Assembly: GCA_051294905.1 (NCBI GenBank)
Contig: CM119372.1
Coordinates: 9,612,001-9,676,000 of the forward strand
Length of the DNA stretch: 64,000 nt
Direction of reading: 5' to 3'
Source of the DNA: Botryllus schlosseri
Lineage: Eukaryota
Numbering within the stretch: position 1 is the first letter of the stretch; the number at the start of each line of letters is the position of its first letter. The translations under genes and the position numbers were made by a program. Below the pieces are notes generated by a model. It did no database searches. It was not told where the DNA came from and saw only the letters and a list, made by a program, of their open reading frames with translations. Positions 38,081 through 53,015 of the stretch are shown piece after piece.

Positions 38081-40068
38081 ATTTACAGCGTAGTGTAAGT
38101 CTGAGGTAGGTTTCCATTTTCGAGTACCACAGGTAGTACACGGGTTTGAACACACACTTCATTCGCTGAGAGTGTAAGTTGCGGACTGAGTTAACCCCAT
38201 ATCGATATTCATCGTTCTTCGAATCGAACCCTTGCCGGGTTCCAGTATGGCTCTCCAGCACTTTAAAGCAAATGGTCATCTGGTCGTAGTATTCAGTGTT
38301 GTTACTCAAATAATGTTACTCAAGTAGAGGAGGATTTCTGCTCGATTGCAAGTAAAAGTATCAACTTCCAAGCCATGTCAAAACTACCTCCAAGTGGGGC
38401 TAGAAAATCAAGATAAAAAGTACCCAAGTAAGCAGTTTCGAAAGTAGATTTAGTAAAATGGTCGCATGCTCTGAGCGGTGATCGGACGTGGCCTAATTTG
38501 GAAATCGCAAGGTGCATTATTCGCGAGTAACCTAATGTAACTATGACACTACGTATAAATATATGTAAATTTGAAAAATATATTCAAATCCATGTATCGT
38601 GATCGTATCGACTATTTCGCCTAGTTGTTACGACGTTGAAAAAACGTGATGCAAACATATCCCGAAACTACGTTGTACTTAACAAAATCCAAAGTGTAAA
38701 AATAGTAAGAAATCGCATGTCGCAATTCATATTTTACGTCATCTGAATTTTGACGTCATGTAATGACGATTCAATCTTCTGCACCCTGCGGCTGAGAATT
38801 TCAGAATGCGGCCTCGTATATTTCTACAGGCAATATTCGAAGGATTGGCCGTGATATGTCTGTTAAGAATCATCTGTATTTACTACAGGTGCTAATATGG
38901 ATACATACATGTGACTGTGGAACATGCATGACATTTCTACTACAAATTGTCGTTGCTATCTTTTTTATATCGCGATTCACGTGGACCTAAAAATGTGAAC
39001 ATATGAGCTAACTACCGACATGTAGGAGTAGTATAGATTTTACGACCTTTCCAATGAACCGCGAGGTAACTTTATAATGCATCGGTCCAAACGCCCGGCG
39101 ATCAAATTCAAAACCTGGAATTGTACAATTTATGAAAATACCGAATCAATCGGACAGCTCAACACTCGGCAGCGAAAATCCGTTTCGATTGATTGTGAGC
39201 GCGCGATAAAACCAGAATTGTGGTTTATGGAGAAATGCACATATAATGCCGAGTCACGGTGCAATTTGTGACGCTCGGGTGAAACTGTTTTCTCAAGAGC
39301 AGTGCCGGCATCATTCAACTCCTCCGCTAAATCTCGGAATAGAGAGAAAACGAGGTTCGTTTTTTTTCGGTAGGAAGTAACACTTAATTCCACACTTCCA
39401 TCGTCACGAAAAATCAGGTAATCTACTACGAAACAAACTGTGTTGTATTCTCTTCTTAAAACATGCGTGCAATGATGACCGTGTGCTGAATACGTTTAGT
39501 ATTTCTATTAGCCGCGTGATTTTGTCACTACGAAAAGGTAGTAAGGTTTTGTAAACGGCCTGTCGGGTAGTTGATCGCCCACTTCGGACTGCAATGGTAA
39601 TTATATGTATTTAAGTACAGGAAAATATGTCACAACGGCGAATAATGCCGTTTACAGGCCCTCGATAGTTACGTATCCTATGCGGCACAAGTTTACAGAA
39701 GTACTGTCGTAAATCATACATATAACAATACACACGATAAAGCTATTTACCGGACTTTCGATTTTATACGACGGGTCATCATTATCATGATTCGTGCAAA
39801 TTACAGGTGCTTAACTGGTGGTTTACAAATAAAGCTATGCTATAGATTTGTACTTCTATACATCGTGGTCCGTATAGCTGATGTGTGCATAACAAATGAA
39901 ATTTGAACCCGGGTCTGAGTGCAAATTGAACGCGTAGTAAAATATATAGTGTTACAAACGAAAATTATGCGGACGTGTAAGTCGTCTGCAGTGGATTAAT
40001 GCTGTGGTCGACTTCGAGATCTATCTAGGCGCATTTCCGTAACACCCCATGCAATACTCCTCCAAACC

Positions 40069-40120
40069 ATCAGTAATAGACTGGCATATCATCAGTAATA
40101 GACTGGCATATCATCAGTAA
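40069..40120. repeat. 22-bp tandem repeat CATCAGTAATAGACTGGCATAT (~2.4 copies)
   Basis: Direct inspection. Confidence 0.85.
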
Positions 40121-43100
40121 CGTGGAGGTGTAAGTCGTTTGATTTGCGTGGCACTGCGATAACTAGGATATTCATTCACTATAAAGCATGTGTTGACTGA
40201 CCGACCGATAAGGAGTTGTTGTGACTATCTATCTCCTTGCAAACAAAGACAGTGTTTTCATCGCCGCACGGTTCACGCCGCAGTATAATCGTCGATAACC
40301 GCAGATTATCATCAGGTGCTGAGTTCACTATTTGCAAGACGCGTTGGCTCTTTCAAGTCGCGGCTAAGAACCCGGCACCGGTTGTTACGGTTGTTACGAG
40401 TTTCACGCATATACATTATACACACACGCATGCCGCATGTAAATAAGCAACGCAAATAGGATTCCCATCTGGATATACAAATACAATCTACAATCTACAA
40501 GTGAGGTGTTAACTCTAACATTTACAGTACATCGTTCTATATTGTTGTTGTTGATCAAGCTGAGACTGAGCATAATGACAGGATCAAGTCACAAATGAAC
40601 CTAAAAATGCAAGCCCAAACTTGTTCAAGATTTTGATCAGAGCATCAAAAAATAGGATTAATATTGCTGTGTTGTTTTCTACAAGCAGCCGGTTTCTGCA
40701 ATTTGGTTTCAACAACATTCAATGCATGGGTAGGTCTTGTACCTTTTCGGACACCTGTATGTCCGAGATGTTTCAAATTGTCCATACAGTCATCTGCAAT
40801 ATATCATTTATGACAGGAGACAACCAAACATCAGGGGATTCAGGGTATAGGCTATCTCTCTGTCTCCTGCTCCAGTATTTTCCAGCATCCTCAAGTGATC
40901 ATAGTTCTATTATAGGAATCATCCACTCAGTTTAATAGACATGTATGGAACTGTTTCGCTATAGATTCTATGGAATGCCTCTTCGTTTAATAAGCAGCAT
41001 TCATAGTCAAGACAATTATGGAATTAAGGTGAAAGGTAATGCGGATTTGTGACGTCACATTACCTGCGAATATGATTGTTAGCGTTTGTGGCGTAACATT
41101 GTGACTGCTGTTCGAGTCGGATACTCATTCCGTGCCATATGAAATCCGTCCAACTGTCCAGTGTCCATGCACGAAGGTTGAATCCCGGCATTAATTAATG
41201 CTATTATATTATGCAATCTCTAAATTTGGTTGTGACATTATCATCTGTAGCAATATATGGTGATTAATATGATTTCAAAATCAACCCCATTATCGAAAAT
41301 ATTTTGTGAAGTCATGTCTTTATCGACATTTGCCAAAGAAAAACAAATTTCTTATTCACCAAATTTCAACAAGTCATGTCATTGGCGTTGCGTGGTAACA
41401 ATGTAGGGTTGAAAATAATTGGTTGAATAAGAAAGGACATAATTTCATTGATAGTTGACACCATCGCGTCAAAGACTAATTTGTGGTTACATAATATCTG
41501 AATCAGCGTTTGCAACACTGCAGATCTTTTTGTTGCTACGTTAGATGGATATTTACTAGCACTTTTTGTTATGCTCGGCAATGGGCGAGGCGAGACGTAA
41601 CAGCAAACTCATGACGTCGATACGCCCTAAATACACCGTTACTACGGCGTAGACAGTTGAGTTGTGCGAACATCAGTCATACTTACTGGACGGCGTTGTC
41701 TTCCATATTCTGGACCAATGCCAATTTATATGTTACAGTGAAATAATAAGGTGTTTCTCGTCATTGTAAACAAAGACCAGAGGATTGAAGAAGATAAAAT
41801 TTGTGTCTACTGTCTATTCTCTTTGTCTTCCTTCTCTAGGAAAGCTCTAATAATTATGAGGGTGTTCAGTAGGCGTTTGGACTTTGTTCGGAATGGGAAT
41901 CAATGTTCACGCTGCTACCACTAACGACCTTTGTTCGCGCGTTACTCGAAAAAGCGAGCCGTACCTGCCAATGAGAAGTCGACACGAAATGCTGCTATTT
42001 TTAGATTTCGATAAAAATACTCTTCTAAATCTGAACGGTTTGGTTTAGGTTACAGTCACAAGAGGTGTACAATTGGCGGTCATTCAGGCTCTCCGCTCTG
42101 TCGTAACCATGTTATGTAACACTTACTAATCGGGAGTAACAAGTCGTTAATTTACTTACAGATCTTCTTTGTAGTAATTTTGGTAAACCTGAATGCATGA
42201 CAGCGCTGCTAGACGTTGATAGTATGTTTTTTGTATGGAATTGGAGAAGTGTAAAGACGAACATAATGAATATTAAAACAAAGACTTATTACGAATGATA
42301 TTCGCAAAGTATTGGGAATTGCGATCATGAGTTATCCGCGTGGTTTGCATAATAAAGAAAGAAAGCTAATCCTATCATTGTTGAGTGCCATCTCGATCTG
42401 CGACTTGCACAAAACTCATATAACCCTCTTTATTCGTGGACTGACACAGAAAATTATGCGGACTCTTTGTATTTTTCCTAATGCTGTTTGCTTGCGAAAT
42501 GTTATGCAACCGAGTGTCTTGATGCGATTGACTATATTTACAAATATTGCTCACGATTTGACTACCTTATTGCAATTCGAGTCTAACTATAACTTTGAGG
42601 TAACCCAAGTAATAGTTGAGCAAGTCTGACTCCGTGCAAATTGAAATCAGAATCCAGAAGTGATCACTCACCATGACCATATTGACCAATGACCATATAC
42701 ACGGGCGCCGAGGCCTGCAATAAGTTATGATGTATCTCTACTTTATCCCAATATGCTCCAGTTGATTGCCGTAGTATTTTTGTGGACTACATTTAATCCA
42801 ACAGGTTTTCTAGTCAGATGATTTATTAACCACTGTTCTACTTCGCAAGCTTATACAGTCTGATCGGGGCCTATGATAACTTATCTTAGGTCCCAGTCTG
42901 ATTTATGACGTAGCTGCAGCACTGATCAAAACCAGCGTAAAGTATGTAGCCTATAGTGCTAATGTTGCCATCGTGGGGAATGGGGATATATAGTATCAGA
43001 ATTGCATCTTTATATACTATCGCTAATCACTACTCGGTTGGTCTTGAACATTATTTTGTAATTTTGAAATTTTGAAAGTTCTCAACGTCTATTGGCAAAT

Positions 43101-45032
43101 ACGTCGCAAAGCATCGCCGAGCCTGTCACTGTCCGCCGGAGTTCCATTGCTATTAGAGTAGTATCATGTGACTGCTCAAACTACCGCAATGACAAATGGT
43201 ACATTTCGAATTTGTGTACCGCATCCATATTAGTTGAATCGTTTCGATATCATATCCGAAACCGTGACACAAAGAGCGAAAATTTGGCGGTGTCTATTGT
43301 GGTGAATGAAAATTATTTTCAAGGTCCCTTATGGGGGAACGGGGGTCGCCACGTGTGGGTGCCGGGTGAATTTGGAACCCTCCATATATGGTGTTGAGCG
43401 GAGACCACTCTATAGGAAGGAAATCTCCACTATTTGAACTTATACTGTAGAATGCGTCATATACAGGTCCGTAATTCGTTGGTATTGTGTCAGATTGCAC
43501 TCGTGAATATAGCTGATTATGCTGAGCATGAGCAATGGGATGGGACATGTGCGGCCAAAAAATACATGAAGCAAACCGCATTGGAAACAAACCACTAAAT
43601 TGCTACACTGACTGTGTGTGGTATTTTGCGGATTGTCCTCTATCAGTATAATGACATATTAAAAATGAATCTATGAACTAGTTAGACAAGAGGTGAGAAA
43701 ATTACGGCCCTCGACTACTTTTTGCGCGGCCTACGGAAAGCTTTCAGGAAAAATATATGAAATGTTTAAAGAATTTCCTGATCATGACCTAATTATACTT
43801 CTTCATAATAATATGAGGAAGGCCGTCAATTATACGAAGTGAGACTTATTATGCCGTTCACCGAAATTGCTTCTGCGAAGCATGTTTTAAGTCGTTCGAA
43901 TGCACTCGTCAATCAACGTCATCAAGACAATGAACGAAGATTTAATACGTGTTTACTGTTCAAGTTCAGTGTTCAAACGTGATCAAATGTACAATGATTT
44001 CAGTCGGTCGTTTTGACCATGTAATGACAACCATCGCCTTCAGTCTGCTCATAATCATTTAAGCGGGAATCACCATATTCCTATACCCTAAATAGGCAAC
44101 GGCAAAGGAGCAAAACAAATTTTCACCTTACGCTACACCAGCATTCGTATTCGAAACACACTATTTGCTCTGCGAAAGGAGATATCACGACATATCTCTT
44201 TACTAATAAGGCAAGGAGGCGTTGAATGGCTATTGTGTCGGCGTCGGCTTACGGGCGGAAGGATATTCACTGTTTTGTTGAATAGCACGCCTCTCCAAAT
44301 AAGGGCCGGATCCCGATATATTTCATAATCTCATCTCTGGATACTGTTAATGGTGATGTTTTTCGCGAGAAGTGTAATGAAGAAGTACGCTGGGCTAACA
44401 AATTTCCCAGCCGACAGCAAGGTTTCAATACCTTGTGCAAATGCTTACAATCGCGAGCATGCAGTTAAACAAACGGTTTCCTTTCTCCTTACTGGAGCTC
44501 AACCATGGTATATATTTGCTTCGCAGTGAACAACGCCAAAAACGGAAACAGATCCTATCAGTAGAGCGCTGTTCGAAAAATACTACCATGAATGGCGGCG
44601 CGGCTTATACCTGCTGTCCTCTCGATTCCATACACCTTGCTGGCATTGGATCATTACTAGCAATCATGAAAGTGCGATTCCCGGAAATATCAATTAGGTA
44701 CAATTAAATTTCATATGCATGATAAATATGGGAATTTGACTTGACTATGCTAACAATTCAATACGGTAAATACACAAAACAACACACCAGATCCGGTGCA
44801 AAGGAAAATGTTGCTGCCCCGGAATTATCTGCAGTAGGATTATCATTATTGTAATCAGGGAATGTGAAAACCACACATGATTGTAGTACAATGCATTATA
44901 CATATGCACAATGTGCATTGCAAGTGGCGTATAACATTGCCGTCAGGTATTCATGCATACGTTTTTGCGGCGAATAGTTGGATAAATATATTTGAGAAAT
45001 ACATATAATGGTAGAACTCTGGGGTTTTAAAA

Positions 45033-45463
45033 CAGCGGTTCCCAACTGGGTTGGCCGCAAAGCCATTCAAGAGGGTCGCGCAGCACTTCTAAATGTAGCA
45101 GTTTTCTATTCAATATGTCCTATAGGGATGCTCCTGGTTGCTATGGAATACCAGCAATCTTCTAGTTGATATGATAGCAATTTCATGGTCATATATGAGA
45201 CTAATGTCGATGATACATATGGCGGTGGTCAAAATATGTCTACCTCGACATAAGTATTTCTGTATATTTTACGAGTAGGAAAATCAAGCCAATCAAGCCC
45301 GCACATCATGTTATATTATCCAATATGCAAGCTCAACGTTTTCATTACTAGTAGATCGCATGTGCATGTGTGTGTATGCATTATACATTGTTCCTTTTCT
45401 CCAAGATTTGTTTTTTCATTCGTTTATAACCAATTGTGGGTCGCACAATGTTGGGAAACACTG
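45033..45463. mobile_element. Degenerate Buster-type MITE
   Basis: CAGCGGTTCCCAAC / GTTGGGAAACACTG termini, GGGTCGC subterminal motifs; TSD not conserved. Confidence 0.6.
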
Positions 45464-45810
45464 ATTTGAAGGATAATGAAATAAGCACTTGTTGAGTTTG
45501 GATTTTTTACCATCCTAATACCGAATGTGAAATTTTGGTGCGCCTGAAAAGAAGCTTCCTGTCTTAAAAACGAAGTTTCTCATCAGGGACAATTTGAGGT
45601 AAGTTCGCATTTTGTAACCTCTAACAAGTATGCAAGTTGTGTTGGTAATTTCATCTTGATTTCATCGCGTCTCGGTAAACATCTTTCAAATGACTTCGTG
45701 CAAAAGCCTATGACGAAAGTGGGCCGTTCCACAATTCGACAGATCATAAAAATAATTTGTCCTGCTTGTTGTTATTGGTATTCATGGTGATTTTCGACTG
45801 CGATGGTCAT

Positions 45811-46765
45811 TAGGGCTCTTCAAAAATGACTTTTTTTCTCAAATCGTACTGGCTACTTGATAAAATTGTTAGGTTACCTACTTTAAGCCTACACACAAAA
45901 TTTGGTTCAATTCCAGCTAGTAACCGCTTTGCTACAGGAGAAGAAAGTTTCAATTTATTATATAAAAATGAATAATAAAAAATTTGAAAATTTTCTGTTC
46001 ACCCCATGAAAGTGTTAGGCTATCTATAAAAACGATGCTCATTTTGGTTGCTTCTGGTTACCATTTTTACCTTCAAAGTTTCTCTGCTTTTTGGGTTCCA
46101 ACGGCTGTCACAAGCAGGCTTTGGCTGGGGGCGTTTGCGGAGGCTTGTCCCGCCGCCAACATACTTGTGACTGGGATACTGGCCAGGCAAGCTGACACAG
46201 ATCCCGGGTCGGAGCATGAAGGCCTGACGGCCATACTTCTCCTAGGTGTGGGAGTGACTGGAAGTATCGGTTGTACCGCGAGGGTTTCGCACCGCCCAGC
46301 GTCCAGTAACCAAATACTCCAATCGATGCTCACCAAATTTGGTTCAATTCCAACCAGTAGAAGCCGAGTTATTGCCGTCGAAAAATTTGGATTTGAATAA
46401 AATAGTATTTACGGTGACCGATTCTTTGTTTATTTATTATAGTTGTGCTCACCATAAATACTATTTTATCCAAATCCAAATTTTTCGACGGCAATAACTC
46501 CGCTTCCACTGGTTGGAATTGAACCAAATTTGGTGATGATCGTTTCTATAGACAGCCTAACACTTTCATGGGTTGAATAGAAAATTTTCAAATTTTTTAT
46601 CATTTATTTTTATATAATAAATAGAAACTTTCTTCTCCTGTAGCAAAGCGGTTACTGGCTGGAATTGAACCAAATTTTGTGTGTAGGCTTAAATTAGGTA
46701 ACCTAACAATTTTATCAAGTAGCCAGTACGATTTGATAAAAAAAAGTCATTTTTGAAGAGCCCTA
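45811..46765. mobile_element. Fold-back hAT MITE related to 36967-37512, with a 282-bp insertion in its left arm
   Basis: TIR TAGGGCTCTTCAAAAATGAC; perfect TSD ATGGTCAT (45803-45810, 46766-46773); arms nearly identical inverted copies. Confidence 0.93.
46042..46323. mobile_element. Unclassified GC-rich insertion flanked by a 9-bp direct repeat
   Basis: CGATGCTCA at 46033-46041 and 46324-46332; sequence absent from the opposite arm of the host palindrome. Confidence 0.8.
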
Positions 46766-47159
46766 ATGGTCATTTATACCAGATCGATATTCTTGATTAT
46801 GATTCTGTATCTGCCGAGTTTCAGCATGGCTCACTTCGGCCTGGTGTAAAATCAATGTCCGATGTAGTCAAAAAACCACGACTACCAAAACGACCAACTG
46901 CGTTTTGGTCCGGGTAACATATTATTTTGAGAAGCAACGGGCTAAATAGAACGTAAAGGTGGACAATGTCTACAGTCGCACATCTTCCACAAAAGGCATT
47001 CGCAAATCGCAGTGTATATGGGCATGAGCAATGAGCATAGTACATGCGTGATGTATTCAGTCGGTCTTGAGAACATTCCTATTAAAACGTAATCGCAACT
47101 TGATGGTGATACACCGAGATACAACTGTACGGTGCCGCTCTCGGCGTGGCTACGCGAAG

Positions 47160-47250
47160 ATGTGAGAGCGCTCGAAATGGAAATTCTGCTTTATAAAGCT
47201 TTTCTCGCGTGAGTCTGCCATTGCGCATGCCTCATTGGATGACATCATAC
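47160..47250 (-). promoter_or_regulatory. Candidate Pol II core promoter (CRE/AP1-like, CCAAT, NRF1-like, TATA, Inr)
   Basis: Minus-strand order TGATGTCA (47240-47247), CCAAT (47234-47238), GCATGCGCA (47222-47230), TATAAA (47190-47195), TCACATC ~30 nt downstream. Confidence 0.5.
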
Positions 47251-49365
47251 TATGAATGTGAGACAAATGTACAGCCGGGGTGTTACTACATCACTTCATT
47301 TGGATAAGTTGTAATTTGCTCGTTATCACTGTGCTGTGCTAGCGATCGGATAGTAACCACGATCGATGCGAAATTATGTACGACGCTGTAACGTTAACGT
47401 TACTGGCTGACAACCTATATTTTCCACCGATACTCCGTACAAATAGGAACTTCTACAACGTACATATTCGAATACTCGGATTGAGTGATGGCTGATGGAT
47501 TAATTGAGGCCACGTGACATATTAATATGGTCAGTGGCCACATCTTCGAAAAGCATTGTGACTGAGTAAATGTGTATGAGTCGATGCATCCCCAACTGTT
47601 CATCTATTTGAAAGCGAGCGTTGATTTTCTCTACGAATTGGAAAATCGGTATTGTGGAACTACAAATAACTCGAACTAGTGTGACATAAGTGAAATAATA
47701 TTTATCTACCAGACTGCCAATATCTCACCGAATCGATGGAAATGAACTACATCGATATTTAACTTAATATTACTACGCGTGCGGGATGACATATTTTCAC
47801 AGATAATAAGTCTGGAATCGGTTTGTATGCTGGAACTTGAACTTTCAAATATATACTAGGATAGTCGAACTCCCTAAGTTGATGTGATGAGTCCACAATA
47901 GTGTGGTATATATAAGTACGGTGACTCACTGCAATTGCAAGGAATGTGATGAAAAAACTCATGATCTAACCGTGCAACCTACAGCCGTCGCATCTGCAAG
48001 GCGTTCCAAAAAGAAACCAGCAATTTGCTCTCAGAAATCTTACGAGTAAACATTCTTCTCCAGTACGCTACGCGAAATGTTGCATCAGAAAAGGACACGT
48101 CACGCAAACAATAGAATGGAAAGGTTACGTTATTATTACCATACGTATGCGAAGGGACTTCGAGAACATTCTCAATTAACGTGACATCTGTTTGGATATA
48201 TGGATCATAAATATCAAGCATAAGCAGTTAACACTTTGAACAGCTAATGCGCTACTAGCGTTACTTAGGCGGTCCTTCCTGGGTGCACAGAACGAGATTA
48301 CGTAATTGAATGAACGCGCATAATTTGAAAGCGAAGATGTGGCACGCGCTATATCACAAACCAGATAATCTCGCTCGTGTTCGGGAGGATATTTGATGTC
48401 CCAGCGACACACACTACCGTTGGACACAGGTATCGAATATTGCATTGCGCAAGTTAGACACATACCAGATAATTTCAATCGTGTTCGGGACTACATTTGT
48501 TGTCCCGGCGACAAACACTCCCGTTGGACACTTATCTAATGTTGCATTGCCCAACCATAAAATATCACAGGGACAGAAAGGGGGAATAGGCGAAATCGAT
48601 TTGTAATCGAATTACTCATTGCAATCCGTCACAAATCTATCCCCGCATAGTGACACACAAAGAGTCTAAACATCTATCTCAAATACATGTGACTCGATTA
48701 GTGTGGCAACACCATTCCCATAGCTTTGTATCGATACGGTGGTGTCTAGTCAACGGTGTGCTGCTTGGTTTTTAGGATCCACACATGATTTGTGATTCGA
48801 TTTTATGGATCTTTGTGACAACATCAGTCGGACGTAAGGATCCAAAAATAGACTCTGTGTTTAGAAACTATTATATGATTTTCAGGTGAATTGCGTAACT
48901 CTTCCGACACGATAATGCTATACATTGTTACGTACTACAAATTACATTTTGCGCTTGCAAAACAAACATTTCCAAATTCTTCATTAAAAGATGACAACGT
49001 TTATATTAATTGGAAGAGTGTCTAACTGTCTATCTATACAGTCAGGGAATGTGGTCATCGAATTTGATCTCCTCCGGATAAGTTTTATCATATGTATATT
49101 TATGTTCAACCTCCCAATTTTTGTTTGATTGCTAGCGAAAGTAAAGACCAGTTCTTTTCTGTTTGATATTAGTGTTATCATGGTCTACTCAATAGGTCAT
49201 GCTACTATACTTTCACGGGAAACATGTTGTAGTTCATGAGGAATTGACCGTGAAGAATAATGATAAATAATTAATATTCCGTTTTTATGAACTCACAAAT
49301 GAAATATATACGATTGGCAATGTCAATTGATCATTTTACCAACATTCATCAAGGTTCGTCAAGCC

Positions 49366-49759
49366 CAGTGGTTCCCAACGTGGGCGATATCGCACCCAGT
49401 AGGTGATTTTGAGAAACAAGGGGGCGAAAATACCAAGTTGGCGACCGGGGGGCGAAAATGTTAGAACGTCCAGTGAGATATATTTAATTAGCACGGCCCA
49501 AAACTACCAGTGAAGACGGCTTATTCTGAATATGATGCGAAAAACGGTCAACTCAACAGAAAGTAGACTCGGAAACAGATTTTCCCAGCACCTGCCACCT
49601 CTGAAAATTGTCTTTTTCAGTAAATTCATCAGCGATCAGAGTTAGGTGAAAAAATTCCCGATTATATGTCCTCTTTTTCGGACCCGTAAATATGAGGGGC
49701 GAAAATTTGAGTCGAGCTTGAGAAGGGGGCGATGAGTCGAAAAAGATTGGGAACCACTG
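49366..49759. mobile_element. Buster-type hAT MITE
   Basis: TIR CAGTGGTTCCCAA / TTGGGAACCACTG; TSD GTCAAGCC/GTCTAGCC (7/8); GGGGCGA subterminal motifs. Confidence 0.87.
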
Positions 49760-52700
49760 GTCTAGCCTCAACGTTGGGCACGTGAAGGCCGGTGCGACAG
49801 CAAATTGCTAAGAATTTGCTGGATATGATGAGAAGCGTTACTGGCATCTCTTCATACAGTATACTGATACACTGCCCCATCTTCGGTGATGACGTGTATA
49901 TTAAGTATTAACACATAAATAAGTAATCCACTGTCCATGACACCAGGAGACTCCCTAACATTCTAAATCAGTTACATTACATAATCTTTTAGACGCACAT
50001 TCTCGCTGCATGCTACCACACGCTGAGGCTACATCAATAGGCCAAGGGAGGCGACACAATTGAGTCGCGTGCGACCCGTGCGTTTAGGATTACACATAGC
50101 CGAATATCGTTACACTGAATGTCTATAGAAGCTATACCGTAGCTACTGCAGGTACAATGTAAACAATTACATCATAAATTAATGAAAGCCACGCGTTCAC
50201 CCTTTATAGTCCATTGTATCCACCGGCGCCCAGACGGTTAGCTAAGAAAACATTGTAAGGTCAAGTAAACGTTGTATATTATGAAAACACGTGACAAAGT
50301 AGCCTGCATCACGAAATGTTTTACGTACGTGTACAGTAGGCAACTTAACAGCAATAACTTGATTATTTAATATCGATTATTTCTGACGTGCATAGATAGC
50401 TTCGCTACTCGTGATTGCACTCACAAGAGCGAGCGCATATTTTTGTCACGAGCTCAAGTCACATATTTCCGATTTCCGCTACAACATTTTGCACGTTGCA
50501 AACGCGTATGTGTCTATTAGTTCTGCGGATGACTTCACACAGTTGATGCGAGGAGTATGCCGCTTGGAGGCTTGGTGAGATTTATTACCGCATAAAGCTC
50601 ATGAATTTTTAATATCATGGAATGACTCATAGATTACATACCGAAAATAGTGCCTCATTTCCCAAATAGGATTAACGGAGCACAATTAAAACCAGCTTTT
50701 TATGATGGTGAACAGGTAATAATGCCTTAACTACGGACCTTCGAACGTGAATGGGTCTCGAAGGTGACATGTGATTAAGTAGATTATAATTGTCTTGTCT
50801 TACACCTACGGTAACTCAAACACTTACAGATTCCGTACGATTCGATTATGCAAATGTAATGATAATGCAAATGGGATGCTAACGAAATATCTCAAATTTG
50901 CCGCACCAAATAGTGACCGTTACCATGAATCGCAAATAATTTGTCAAGATCGCTGTAATAAATGATGTGAACTGCTGGATCACGTGTCCTAAATTTCCTA
51001 TTCATTACCAAATACTGATATCCCGAAAGAACAAGCTTAAACTCGGAGATCGGACAACTTTCGACTAAATACAACGGTTATATTCAAGGGGTATGGGGCG
51101 AAGCTGCACCTAATACATCCATCTCCTATACCCATACAGCTATTGATACTGAATATATCACCCAACAACTGAGTATACTGCAATGACTGTACCAAAATAT
51201 GTCACAATATGACGTACCAATGGTTCACAATCATTTTGCCATCGCGGACCCTTTTCGGTCCACCAATGCCCCCGCGGACGCCCGACGTTTGTTGTTCAAT
51301 TTCAGCTCAATTCGTCTACAACCGTCATCTTTCTTGTATGCATATTCATTGGAGGATCGTGATAAACTGAAAAAATGTGCTTGTGCACCTCTCTTGAAAA
51401 TATCGTCATACTATGCAGAGTTGCAAAGACTTTGATTGTTTCAAACCGAGTTCACTTAATAGCATTTTTGAATCTGCATGTCAGAAGTAAATCATATACA
51501 TGCGACCGTGTTTTGGAGATCCAATATTTACATATAATATGAATGAGAGCCGACAATCAACTTGTGGCAGAGGCGAATGGAATAATAACGTGTAAAGCTT
51601 CCGACAGCACCTTTGGGTTTGATCGTGACATGAAGCACCCAAATTCTGAAATATATTTCAAATGACTATATCACGTCCATGAGCCTATAGTCATTCCTAT
51701 CAAGCAGCTCATTTTGTAGTTTGTCTGGATTGGCGACTATCTCTTTCTCGTGAGAAAAGGGATGCCGTGCAGCGGTGTCAACCTCTTTGGGGCAGATTAG
51801 GAAAAGGGTCCAGGGATGATGTTTCAAACGACTGTAAATGTTCGCTAATTTCCTTAGACTGGCATCTTTAAATCCACGAAGTATTGCAAAGATTGTAAAG
51901 TTACTCTGATTTATACCTTTCTATTCCAAACTTTTATAATTCCCACAACTCCTACAAAACATCTCTAAACAGAAATGTGTTTGTATCCATAGGCCTGAAC
52001 CTTGACTAAATGGAGGAGATCATTCATCAGTGACGATGGATATGCGGAAGTGATATGTTACAGGTTATCAGTCAGTCATCTCTAACCATCCCAACGCTAT
52101 AGTCTGGAGCGCTGGGAATCTGCGGATACCATTTCTGCGTTCAAATCTTTGGTCTGACCCGTCCGGGGAATCACAGTAGGATATTTCATCACAAGCGGCC
52201 ATATATTCTACTGATGTTAGCACTGTCGTTTTTGCATGTTGCAAATTTAGTGGTTTCGCGGACCCGCGATTGCGAACAACTGACTTATACAATAAACACG
52301 TGACCAGAGGCCTTGTAAAATTCACCATGGAGCATAACTTCACTAATATTTCAATATTTCTTTAGGTGGACAGGCATTTATATATTATATACTCTTATTA
52401 TCATCGGATTCCGCGTGCTCATATCTTTGTCATCATATCGTATACACAAGAAAATTTTTCAGACGACTCTGGGAGAGGTTACCTAAAAGGTTCAAAAGCC
52501 ATACATGCCAAGCAGCACATTTGAAAATTCGCCCAACAAAATATTGGAATCACGGTAATGTAGCAATATCATTTGCGTCAGCTTCGCTCCCCCCCTACAG
52601 TTGCTTTCACGCCCCCACCCCCCGTTTGAGTACCACTGCCTTGGAATTATCACGGTGAAATATACTAAAAAAAGTATAATCAAGTCCCTGTATTAATTCG

Positions 52701-53015
52701 ATTGTTAGTACGCATTTTATCAATATTTTTAAGGTTTTCTTAGACTCTCGCGGGCCGCATGCGGCCCGCGGGTCGTAGTTTGCCTACCCCTGGTATACAG
52801 TATAGTGTACAGTATAGAAGTATAGCTACTGTACTATACAACTGCAATAATAATAATAATAATAATGAATGTACTACTGGACTAAGGCCTTGAATGCACC
52901 ACTGGACTAAAATTACACTTGTGAATAACAGCATAATTTCTGTAATTTCGATTCTTCATTTTCAATCATCTCTACCTCTGCTCTGTAACCTTTGACAATT
53001 CTTCATCTGCTGGAA

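Noticed and set aside
39130..39393. Minus-strand ORF with AGTALEKTVS and RDSALYVHFS, reminiscent of GADD45 motifs
   Set aside because: About 30 conserved residues expected between the motifs are missing and no further exons were found; likely chance. A profile search would settle it.
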